DNA of 34,405 nucleotides from Sphingomonadales bacterium (lineage in GTDB: Bacteria; Bacteroidota; Bacteroidia; UBA7662). Location: the NCBI GenBank assembly GCA_016872225.1, contig VHAW01000001.1, positions 1 through 34,405 on the forward strand. Direction: 5' to 3'. Of the stretch, positions 9,435-17,238 are shown one piece after another. Within the stretch, counting starts at the first letter, position 1, and each line of letters starts with the position of its first letter. A program made the position numbers and the translations under genes. The notes below the pieces were generated by a model. The model was not told the origin of the DNA and ran no database searches. It worked only from the letters and a program-made list of their open reading frames with translations.

Positions 9435-10190
9435 TTATGGCTTTTCATTGTCTAACATATCATTTCGAATGGTTCCCATCCATCGATCCCAAAACAAAAA
9501 GTACAAACCGTAATTCCCGGTGAATCGGGAATGATGCAGATTGTGATGACGAGAGGTATTGATCCAACGCCCTATTCTGGTCTTTTCGAAGCCTTGAGAG
9601 TACAATTCAAATCCGAGATGCCCGTAAACATTATAAACAATCATAAATAGGAAAAACAACATAATATGGTTTCGGTGAACGGGGAAACCGAATACAAAAA
9701 TTGGCAAAATCCCAATCTCTATCAGCGCTTCCCAAGGATGAAACGAATAAGCCGCCCATGGCGAAGGATTGGTAGAACGATGATGTATAGTATGCACCTT
9801 GCGGTACCAAAAAGGCATATGCATCCATCGATGAGCCCAATAGAAGTAAGTATCGTGAACAAACAGCATCACAGGGAAAACCAAAACGTAATAGAACCAA
9901 CCGTGAAAATCTGGTGTCGGCATCAATAGCGTATAAGGGCGAATCGTTGGACTTTGCAAAATAAAAGCGACTATCACCCCAAAAATCAAAATGGTAAGGA
10001 CCGAAAAGGCTATTTCCCTTTGGTAATCCGAGGCCTTTGGAAAACGAGGTTGAATTTTACGGGTTTGGAAAGTATCCTTTTTCCAAACATAAAAGAACAA
10101 GAATGCTAAACTGGCAAAGAGAATATAACGACCCCCTATTCTCCAAACGGCTTTAGGAATCCACACCCACCATTCCGGATCTGCTTCCAT
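9435..10190 (-). CDS. sterol desaturase / fatty acid hydroxylase superfamily membrane protein
   Basis: It has three His boxes (HRWMH, HTIHHRS, HHNLHH) and several transmembrane helices. The ATG at 10190 overlaps the upstream TGA by one base (TGATG). Confidence 0.88.
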   Translation of the reverse strand: MEADPEWWVWIPKAVWRIGGRYILFASLAFLFFYVWKKDTFQTRKIQPRFPKASDYQREIAFSVLTILIFGVIVAFILQSPTIRPYTLLMPTPDFHGWFYYVLVFPVMLFVHDTYFYWAHRWMHMPFWYRKVHTIHHRSTNPSPWAAYSFHPWEALIEIGILPIFVFGFPVHRNHIMLFFLFMIVYNVYGHLGFELYSQGFEKTRIGRWINTSRHHNLHHSRFTGNYGLYFLFWDRWMGTIRNDMLDNEKP

Positions 10191-13100
10191 CAACGACGAA
10201 CCAGACGATACGGCTTAGCAAGCGACTCCCCGGATGGACCGCATAATTCTACTGTATAAACACCAGCCTTTAGGTGTCCCAAATCCAAAAGGGATGTTTG
10301 CTGCTGTCCCATGGAATCACTCGGAATATCCCCTATGCTCCATCCAGCAACAAACGGGTGCGAGGAATGCACTCTTCCGGATAGATCCCTGAACACCCAT
10401 TGCATGGCCTCGAATTGATTTATCATAGTGGCCAATTTGGTCTTAAGGTTTGCACCGAAGACCACCTGAACCTTGCCATCGGTAGGGTTGGGATAAAACA
10501 AAGCTTCGGACGCATTCAGATTCCTGCGGGGAACGGGAATTCGGAGGCCCAAATCCGGCAAAGGCTGAGCCAGAGGATCAGCCCATTCCGATCCAGCAGC
10601 GGCATCCCAAGACCAGGAAGCAGGAAGCAGCCCGCAAGTATGATGAATCTCCAAAACAGGCTTTCCATCGGAAAGATTGACCCCCTTTACATCGTTCCAT
10701 GCCAAACGAAGACGACCACCGATGCGGGCATAAACCAGCTCCTGATCACCCAAATGCGATACCACCAAAGGCTCACCCAAGAAATCAGGCCATTCAAGAT
10801 CAAGGGAGAGGGCCCCTACCCTCGCTTGTCCCGTAGCCCGAAGCACGGTAACCGCGGTTTGGCCATCCAAATAACCCAAACCGCTACGTCCAGAAATTTC
10901 ATTCGGATCGACTGGATTCTCGACAAGACCAAATACACCAAAACCCTGTCTCGCTGCACTTGGGATGAACGAGCCGTTGACATCGCCATAACACATGGCC
11001 TTAAGATTCTGCGTGATGGCTGCACCGTTGGTGGTTATGGTAGCCGTATCGAAGACCCATTCCCCCGCAGGGAACGTGCTAATCACGTTGGAATATCGCC
11101 TGCTGATCACCAAGGCATCCGATGCGTTGACCGAATTTGAGGCATTGACATCCGCTGCTCTAAGCCGTAATCCAGTCAAAGGCTGCGTATTGGCAAAATG
11201 CAAATTCGCCTGCAATGCATCCGTAGCATTGACACCACCGGATGTACGCGATGTGTTGAGCGAAAAGGAACGAACCCCGTTGGTATAAGTGTTCATCGAA
11301 TATAAACCATTAGAGGCCGTGGTCGCCTGGGCATCCTGAACCCCACCTGGCACGGTCAACAGGCGGACATTCACCGAAGATAATGGGGTATTGACTGAAT
11401 TATTGTAGGAAACAATACCACTCACCGGCTGAATGGTCACACCACCGTTGATTTGAACCATGTAATCCTGAGTTTCACCATAAGTGTAGGTCCCGCAAGC
11501 CTGAGTGCTTGTAGCCGAACCACTCTCTTGAAGAACAACCCTCATTAAACATAGACCAGCGGTCGCGGCAGATGCCCCAATGGCAATGTTATTCACGGTT
11601 AAAGTGGCATTGGCTGTGTTGGAAAGACTACCGCTCATCACCATTTCACTGCTCTCAAACTGATAATTACGATTAAAGTCAATGAAAACCTTGGCATAGG
11701 CTGCATAATTACCCCCGCAGGTTCCTTTAACCAGCGTGGCCGCATAGGTTTGACCGATGGTCACCTGAAAAGGAGGGAAACCTGTTCGATCCGTGTACGT
11801 AGCACAATTCCCTGTTCCTGTAGGGTACGAATTGGCGGTTCCAGCAAAAGTGAAGGAAGCAACCCGGGTATCTGCAGAATTCGTTGCCGCCGAAACACAG
11901 GCTGAAGCCCGGGCTCGGATATAATTATTCCGGGTTAAGGAATCGGAACCAAAAGCATTCGTAACCTTAAGCTTAACACTGTATTGACCTGCCACACTGA
12001 AATAAAGTTTGGGGTTGGCGCTCGAGGATGTTGAACCGGGCGCAAATGCCCAACCTGTCGAGGGGGTAATGGTCCATGCCGTGGTTGTGGGAACCCCAAC
12101 TGACTGATCCGTGAGTTGAATCGTATCCAAAACTCCTCCAAAATCAGCAAGGGTATCACTGGCGCTAAAGACAGTGGTCAAAGGTCCCGGAGTTACCACC
12201 ACTGCTTGACAAGAATTGGCCGTGAGTAGCGATACTCTGCGAGGGCTATTGGCCAAAACCGTCCACATCCGTTGAACTTGGTTGTAGGTAAACAGATTCA
12301 TGCAGTTATCATCGGAATAGTCCATGTAATTCTGAACCATATCAGGGCCTGAGCAAGACGAATGCGTGGTAGGACACCCATAATTGGCGGCATCTGAAGG
12401 AGGAGTATCCGCACAATAATCCGTGGCGGTACACGATGAACCATCCCCCCAAATATGGCGAAGACCCAACCAGTGACCGACCTCGTGGGTGGCTGTACGT
12501 CCTTTGTTATAGGCACCCGTAAAAGGATTGGCGGGTGGCCTACCCACCGAATTGTACAAAACGACAATACCATCGGTATTCGCTGATCCTGAACTCGGCA
12601 TGCCCGCAAGTCCGGAAGAAACCGGAAATTGAGCATACCCCAAAACCCCTCCCGAAATATTCACCACCCAAATGTTGAAATAACGTGTTGGATCCCAGAT
12701 GGTGGCCGGCTTGATGGTCGCATCAATGGAGGAGGTGGACCATGTGGCCGACTGGGAATATTGCCAACGAACAATCCCCGTGGAAGGATTTCCTTGGGGG
12801 TCCCGCTGAGCCAAACAGAAGTTAATATTCGAACCCGCTGCAACGGCCCTGAAATTTGCAGGGGCGTTCATGGTATCCGCATTAAGTCGTTTAAAATCTT
12901 CGTTCAGGATATCCACCTGCGACTGAATCTGTGCGGCGGAAATATTCCACACGTCAGACGCGTTCTGGTAGATTACATGGAAAACAACAGGAATATTATA
13001 ATCAACTTCTGGACGAAAACTTGATGAATTTTCGGCGATTCTGTTGGACATCCATTGTTCAAAGAGTTGTTCTGATTCGCCATGCTGTCCCTGCTGCATT

Positions 13101-13288
13101 CTGGCCTGGTGGTGCTCGTGAGTATAACAACGAATTATGGAACTCTGCGCCAACACCTCATCAAAACCAAACCATAATGAAAATACACCAACAACTGTTA
13201 AACGTAGCTTAACGCCAAAAGAAAATGACGGCTCCCATTTGTTAAAGGGAAACCTCGATTGAGGATAAGGGATAGGCATGAATTCCAT
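10190..13288 (-). CDS. secreted multidomain zinc metalloprotease, M43 (pappalysin/ulilysin-like), T9SS cargo
   Basis: The signal peptide is followed by the zinc site HEVGHWLGLRHIW (12455-12487) and a Cys-rich M43 core. A PKD-like segment (...VKLKVTNAFGSDS) and a GEVED-like segment (...YGETQDYMV) come next. These are followed by the shared dockerin-like module and a cohesin-like stretch. The protein ends in a T9SS type A sorting domain (FYPNPTDGKVQVVF...GVYTVEL...YRLVRR). Confidence 0.9.
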   Translation of the reverse strand: MEFMPIPYPQSRFPFNKWEPSFSFGVKLRLTVVGVFSLWFGFDEVLAQSSIIRCYTHEHHQARMQQGQHGESEQLFEQWMSNRIAENSSSFRPEVDYNIPVVFHVIYQNASDVWNISAAQIQSQVDILNEDFKRLNADTMNAPANFRAVAAGSNINFCLAQRDPQGNPSTGIVRWQYSQSATWSTSSIDATIKPATIWDPTRYFNIWVVNISGGVLGYAQFPVSSGLAGMPSSGSANTDGIVVLYNSVGRPPANPFTGAYNKGRTATHEVGHWLGLRHIWGDGSSCTATDYCADTPPSDAANYGCPTTHSSCSGPDMVQNYMDYSDDNCMNLFTYNQVQRMWTVLANSPRRVSLLTANSCQAVVVTPGPLTTVFSASDTLADFGGVLDTIQLTDQSVGVPTTTAWTITPSTGWAFAPGSTSSSANPKLYFSVAGQYSVKLKVTNAFGSDSLTRNNYIRARASACVSAATNSADTRVASFTFAGTANSYPTGTGNCATYTDRTGFPPFQVTIGQTYAATLVKGTCGGNYAAYAKVFIDFNRNYQFESSEMVMSGSLSNTANATLTVNNIAIGASAATAGLCLMRVVLQESGSATSTQACGTYTYGETQDYMVQINGGVTIQPVSGIVSYNNSVNTPLSSVNVRLLTVPGGVQDAQATTASNGLYSMNTYTNGVRSFSLNTSRTSGGVNATDALQANLHFANTQPLTGLRLRAADVNASNSVNASDALVISRRYSNVISTFPAGEWVFDTATITTNGAAITQNLKAMCYGDVNGSFIPSAARQGFGVFGLVENPVDPNEISGRSGLGYLDGQTAVTVLRATGQARVGALSLDLEWPDFLGEPLVVSHLGDQELVYARIGGRLRLAWNDVKGVNLSDGKPVLEIHHTCGLLPASWSWDAAAGSEWADPLAQPLPDLGLRIPVPRRNLNASEALFYPNPTDGKVQVVFGANLKTKLATMINQFEAMQWVFRDLSGRVHSSHPFVAGWSIGDIPSDSMGQQQTSLLDLGHLKAGVYTVELCGPSGESLAKPYRLVRR
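10970..11428 (-). other. shared CarboxypepD_reg-like + dockerin-like module, copy 1 (aa 621-773 of the M43 protease)
   Basis: PVSGIVSYNNSVNTPLSSVNVRLL...GGVNATDALQANLHF...ADVNASNSVNASDALVISRRYSNVISTFPAGEWVF...CYGDVNGS aligns by eye with the two copies below. Confidence 0.6.
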
Positions 13289-13304
13289 AGACTTTCAATT
13301 TCTA

Positions 13305-13312
13305 CAAAATTA
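13305..13312 (-). promoter_or_regulatory. candidate -7 promoter box (TAATTTTG) upstream of the M43 protease gene
   Basis: The minus strand reads TAATTTTG, matching TAnnTTTG. It ends 16 nt before the ATG at 13288. No convincing -33 TTTG sits at the expected spacing. Confidence 0.3.
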
Positions 13313-13423
13313 TTTCATTTTTTTTGGAAAACCCCATCAAATTGACATTAAAATACCTTCTAAAGGGGAGAATTTTTGCGGGCGATAATCATTTCACCAC
13401 CCTGGACTTGATCGGAGGAAGCT

Positions 13424-15109
13424 TTAGAAGGCGGTACGAATCAGTATAGGGACTTGATTCTGGCCTACAGGAATACCACTGAGCAGCGCAGTTCCCTCGG
13501 GAAACTTAACCAATATGCTGTGAGGACTGTCATGATGCAAGGTCTTTCGATCCAAAACCCTCCCAAGGACATCCATGGCGGTCAAATGCAAGGTTCCTTG
13601 ACCATAAACATTCACCGTGGCATCGTATCCACTCCCATAAATTGGCTGAACTTTCCAAACAGAACTTCTTTGGACCAATTGCAGTCTTGGCAAAACCACT
13701 GACAAAGTCCCAAGGGTACCCGCTTCTCCGTCGGTAAATTCAGTGGCCGTGGATATGGACCAAGAATCACTTGACGCTTGCTCTGGAGCCACTCTCAAGT
13801 ACAAAATAGGCTCACCGCTGCTAAGATCCATGCCCGCAGGATTAAACCATGAAAGCCGCAAACGATTCCCCTCGATGCTGTATTCTGGCTTCATTCCATT
13901 CAAGACAGAGCGAATTCCTTCAATTTGCCATCCATGAGGAGCTTCCAAGTCCAAGGTGACTGAACCTAATGAAAAATTTTCATTCGTATTTTGGTTCATC
14001 AGACTCAAAGGAACCCATGCGCCTTCTGGAGAAATTGCTTCAAGAGATTTCTGCTCCAAGGCAACGGAACCTGTGCGTACCGTCGATGGCTGATAGGAGG
14101 CATTCACATCCCCCACACAGATCCCACGAATATTCTGGGTAAGATTTACGCTGCTGACATTGACAGGAACAGTTTCAAATTTCCAATCCCCAACCACAAA
14201 AGAGCCGATAAGCCCAGCCACTCTGCGTGAAACCAGAAGGGCATCGGCTGAAGTGATGGAAATCGAACCGTTCACATCTGCTGAAGTGAGGCGCAAACTA
14301 CTCAAATTAATGATGTTATTGAATTGACGAGTGATAAGCAAGGCATCCGCGGAACTGACACCCCCCCATGGCCTGCTGCTAACCGCAGTAACCGAATAAG
14401 AGCCGCTTGCCAAATTGTTGAAACTGTACTGCCCTGAAGCATTGGTAGTGGTTGACTGAAGAATTGCACCACCCGATCCCAATAGGCGAACCGTACTGTT
14501 GACCACTGGAGTTCCGGAAGTGTTGTCGTATTGAAGTACACCGGAAATAGTGTAAGACGGGGTTGATTCCAGTAGTGTTACCGCATCGGTATAAATTTCA
14601 TCACCACTCGTTCCCCCGTTGTTGTTGGCTGCGTTGGAGGCAAAATAAAAGGTCACAGGACCTGTACCGGCAGCAGGAGCGGTCCATTGAAAATTCCACG
14701 TAATCATTCCCGATGTTGTTGACGTGTTTCCCAAAGCGGAATGGTTCATGTATCCTTGCTGTACCCAAGTCCGATTGGTTGTCGAAATGAGTGTGCCCGC
14801 ATCCCCTCCTTGATTGTCCTCAACCTTGAGCTGAAACCCGTATTTGCTTCGTGTAGCACGAGAAACGGTAAGACTTAAGTTGTAGGTCTGCCCAGGAACA
14901 TAAGAAGTAGCCGTCGCACCGTTAAAAGTAAGTATGCGGGTTGCGGGTCCGGAATTGACTGCTATACCCCCGTGACAAGTAGAACAATTCGATTCTCCTG
15001 GGGCACTGCTAAAACCCAAAGGGGCTCCCCCGGAGAAGGTAAGGGCATTGTAAATGCTTGTCAAAACCAGAAAAGAAGCCAAGACAGCGATTTTGAGCTT
15101 GTGATGCAT
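13424..15109 (-). CDS. secreted protein with an N-terminal Reeler-like domain bearing a CxxCH motif, the shared dockerin-like module, a cohesin-like segment and a probable degenerate T9SS sorting domain
   Basis: The signal peptide is MHHKLKIAVLASFLVLTSIY. It is followed by SGGAPLGFSSAPGESNCSTCHGG, YGFQLKVEDNQGGDAGTL and WTAPAAGTGPVTFYFASNA (a Reeler-like pattern). The C-terminus reads ...LHLTAMDVLGRVL...ILIRTAF. Confidence 0.75.
   Translation of the reverse strand: MHHKLKIAVLASFLVLTSIYNALTFSGGAPLGFSSAPGESNCSTCHGGIAVNSGPATRILTFNGATATSYVPGQTYNLSLTVSRATRSKYGFQLKVEDNQGGDAGTLISTTNRTWVQQGYMNHSALGNTSTTSGMITWNFQWTAPAAGTGPVTFYFASNAANNNGGTSGDEIYTDAVTLLESTPSYTISGVLQYDNTSGTPVVNSTVRLLGSGGAILQSTTTNASGQYSFNNLASGSYSVTAVSSRPWGGVSSADALLITRQFNNIINLSSLRLTSADVNGSISITSADALLVSRRVAGLIGSFVVGDWKFETVPVNVSSVNLTQNIRGICVGDVNASYQPSTVRTGSVALEQKSLEAISPEGAWVPLSLMNQNTNENFSLGSVTLDLEAPHGWQIEGIRSVLNGMKPEYSIEGNRLRLSWFNPAGMDLSSGEPILYLRVAPEQASSDSWSISTATEFTDGEAGTLGTLSVVLPRLQLVQRSSVWKVQPIYGSGYDATVNVYGQGTLHLTAMDVLGRVLDRKTLHHDSPHSILVKFPEGTALLSGIPVGQNQVPILIRTAF
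14096..14554 (-). other. shared CarboxypepD_reg-like + dockerin-like module, copy 2 (aa 186-338 of the Reeler-like protein)
   Basis: YTISGVLQYDNTSGTPVVNSTVRLL...WGGVSSADALLITRQF...ADVNGSISITSADALLVSRRVAGLIGSFVVGDWKF...CVGDVNAS. Confidence 0.6.
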
Positions 15110-15143
15110 ATTTTTGAGTTTAATATTTTACAACCATTTTCTT

Positions 15144-15204
15144 TTAGTAAATGTTTCCCTTTTACTAAGAATTAGTGATTCTTTCTAGTAAATATTGCCC
15201 TTTC
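15144..15204. promoter_or_regulatory. repeat array in the divergent intergenic region: a palindrome TTAGTAAA-N9-TTTACTAA plus further T(T/C)AGT(A/G)A half-sites
   Basis: TTAGTAAA (15144-15151) and TTTACTAA (15161-15168) are exact reverse complements. TAGTAAATGTTTCCCTTTT (15145-15163) recurs as TAGTAAATATTGCCCTTTC (15186-15204), 16/19 identical and offset by 41 nt. A further TTAGTGA lies at 15172-15178. Confidence 0.35.
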
Positions 15205-15225
15205 TCTTTGAAGTTCAGCTCCCCC

Positions 15226-17238
15226 ATGCAAGAAAACCGCCTGACCGCTTATCCTGAATGGCAGCCAAGATGGTTAACCTATTCATTTGAGCGTTTGAAA
15301 TCCATGATTGGCCTTATGCATTGCTTTATGGTGTTGGTCCTGATTTCAGTACACGATAGCTTAGGGCAAAGCGCACTGCAGGTATCCGTAACTCAATTGT
15401 CGTTTGGCAATAAGACCGAATTAAGTAACGATACCTTGGGGGTATGGGTAACCAATACCGATACCCTGCCCTTGAATTGCCGTGCCACCTGTCTTCCCTA
15501 TTACGGGGGCAACCCCTTTAAAACCGTTGATACTTTGTTTTCTTTGGGAGCCGGCCAAAGTAAACGGGTGGTCGTTACTTTTAATCCTATTCATAATACC
15601 TTAAACAATAGTGAATTATGGATTTCGCACTCCGGCAGAGGGGGCCATGCTCAGGTTGACCTGAACGGCCAAGGGGTTTACAGCAATACCTATTACAATA
15701 CGACCCAAAACTTGGAGGGTGAACCCTTGCGTCAAGCCCTGGCAACCCGGCTTAGTTCACCCTATACTTCCCTCGGCTATTCAGGAACGAATAATGCAAG
15801 GTTGCGTATGTTCGGGACCGTGGATAATTGGAAAGTGAATGGCCGAGAACCTGCTCATACCAATCCTTACAAAAACGAATGCGTTTATTCCGGTCGAACT
15901 ATTTCCTATACCGCCACTGATTTCAATACCGCCACCTTGAACAATGCCCCCTACAGCATGAACACCGAACATACCTGGCCGCAGAGTTTCATGAACTCCG
16001 ATGAGCCTATGCAAAGCGACATACACCATTTGTTCATCAGCGACGGCGGCCTCAATACAGCAAGAGGCAATAAACCCTTTGGGTGGGTTCCAAACCCAAC
16101 GCTCACCTACCCCGGAGGTTCCAAAGCAAATTCAATCTGGTTCGAACCCCGCGATGCCCACAAAGCTGCGGCGTCAAGAGCAATTTTGTACTTCGCTCTA
16201 AGGCATGCGGCCAACACGGCCGTCAACCATAGCTATTTGGACACCGCGCAACAGCGTATGCTAAGAGAATGGGTCAAACTTTTTCCTTCCGACTCGGTAG
16301 CCATACGACGAAACAACGACATCCAAACCGCCCAGGGAAATCGGAATGCCTTGGTGGATTACCCACAGTTTCTGGATCGGCTAAGCACAGTCCTACCGCC
16401 ATCATCGCCACCTAATATCCGTGACGCCCGTATCAGCGAAAGTTCCATACAGCTGGGCGTGGTTGCAGCCGGATCAACCCGAAGTCATCAACTATTGGTT
16501 TTTAACGGTGGAAATCAAATTCTGCAGGTTAGCGGCCTATCCATCAGCGGAACAGGCTTTGAATTTGGTCCAAACGGGGGCACCTCCATGGTAGGCTTCA
16601 ACGTAGCCCCCGGCGAAAGTGTCAGTGTAACGCTACGCAATATCACCTCACTTGCTCCAGGCAACACCTACAACGCCATTTGTTCGCTGAGTCTAAGTTA
16701 CACGGGCCAGCCTGCTACCCTTAGTACCATACCGGTTCAAGTTACTTCAGCCAATTCAGTCAACCAATCCACCCTAAGCGGAACATTGCGATACGATAAC
16801 ACATCACTATCGCCTTTGGCTGGTGTTACTCTTCGTTTAATGGATTCTCAAGGCAACAGTGTGGGTCAAACGGTTACCGATGCACTAGGCAATTATAGTC
16901 TGGCCAATATCCCTGCGGGTACCTATACTTTGGATTGGGTGAATCCCCTCGGATGGAGCGGCGTTGGTGCCAACGATGCCTTGCTCATTAGCCGAGCCTT
17001 TTCTTCGCTGACAGTCCTCACCGGGGTCAAAGTCAAAGCCGCTGATGTTAACCTTTCTCAATCCATCAATTCCTCGGATGCCCTGCAGGTGAGCCGTCGC
17101 TTTGCAGGTTTGATAAACTCCTTCACGGCAGGCAATTGGGTTTACAGCGTAGCTTCTGTAACCTTGACCCCAGGAACCAATATCATCAATTTTAATGCCT
17201 TGTGTACCGGTGATGTGAATGCATCACGGAGTTTTTGA
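15226..17238 (+). CDS. secreted endonuclease I family nuclease flanked by Ig-like domains and ending in the shared dockerin-like module
   Basis: Endonuclease I motifs are present: NTEHTWPQSF, DIHHLFISDGGLNTARGNKPFG, ILYFALRH and GNRNALVDYPQF. Two beta-sandwich-like regions flank the catalytic core. The start is uncertain (GTG 15175, ATG 15226 or ATG 15304). The hydrophobic leader MIGLMHCFMVLVLISV begins at 15304. Confidence 0.85.
   Translation: MQENRLTAYPEWQPRWLTYSFERLKSMIGLMHCFMVLVLISVHDSLGQSALQVSVTQLSFGNKTELSNDTLGVWVTNTDTLPLNCRATCLPYYGGNPFKTVDTLFSLGAGQSKRVVVTFNPIHNTLNNSELWISHSGRGGHAQVDLNGQGVYSNTYYNTTQNLEGEPLRQALATRLSSPYTSLGYSGTNNARLRMFGTVDNWKVNGREPAHTNPYKNECVYSGRTISYTATDFNTATLNNAPYSMNTEHTWPQSFMNSDEPMQSDIHHLFISDGGLNTARGNKPFGWVPNPTLTYPGGSKANSIWFEPRDAHKAAASRAILYFALRHAANTAVNHSYLDTAQQRMLREWVKLFPSDSVAIRRNNDIQTAQGNRNALVDYPQFLDRLSTVLPPSSPPNIRDARISESSIQLGVVAAGSTRSHQLLVFNGGNQILQVSGLSISGTGFEFGPNGGTSMVGFNVAPGESVSVTLRNITSLAPGNTYNAICSLSLSYTGQPATLSTIPVQVTSANSVNQSTLSGTLRYDNTSLSPLAGVTLRLMDSQGNSVGQTVTDALGNYSLANIPAGTYTLDWVNPLGWSGVGANDALLISRAFSSLTVLTGVKVKAADVNLSQSINSSDALQVSRRFAGLINSFTAGNWVYSVASVTLTPGTNIINFNALCTGDVNASRSF
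16768..17235 (+). other. shared CarboxypepD_reg-like + dockerin-like module, copy 3 (C-terminus of the endonuclease I protein)
   Basis: STLSGTLRYDNTSLSPLAGVTLRLM...WSGVGANDALLISRAF...ADVNLSQSINSSDALQVSRRFAGLINSFTAGNWVY...CTGDVNASRSF, followed directly by the stop codon. Confidence 0.6.

Noticed and set aside
10400-13212. Multiple plus-strand ORFs (246, 97, 131 and 93 aa) lie inside the M43 protease gene.
   Set aside because: They are antisense to a 1032-aa ORF with clear catalytic and sorting motifs, and their translations show no domain signatures.
13356-13431. A perfect 10-bp inverted repeat (CCTTCTAAAG ... CTTTAGAAGG) with a 56-nt spacer spans the stop codon of the Reeler-like gene.
   Set aside because: A few 10-bp inverted repeats with spacers under 100 nt are expected by chance in 34 kb. 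The loop is too long for an intrinsic terminator and no U-tract is properly placed.
14972-14986. The 561-aa secreted protein might be called a c-type cytochrome because of its CSTCH motif.
   Set aside because: A single CxxCH in an otherwise beta-sandwich-like, Reeler-type context is not enough. It is kept only as a hypothesis to test, and the product name stays neutral.
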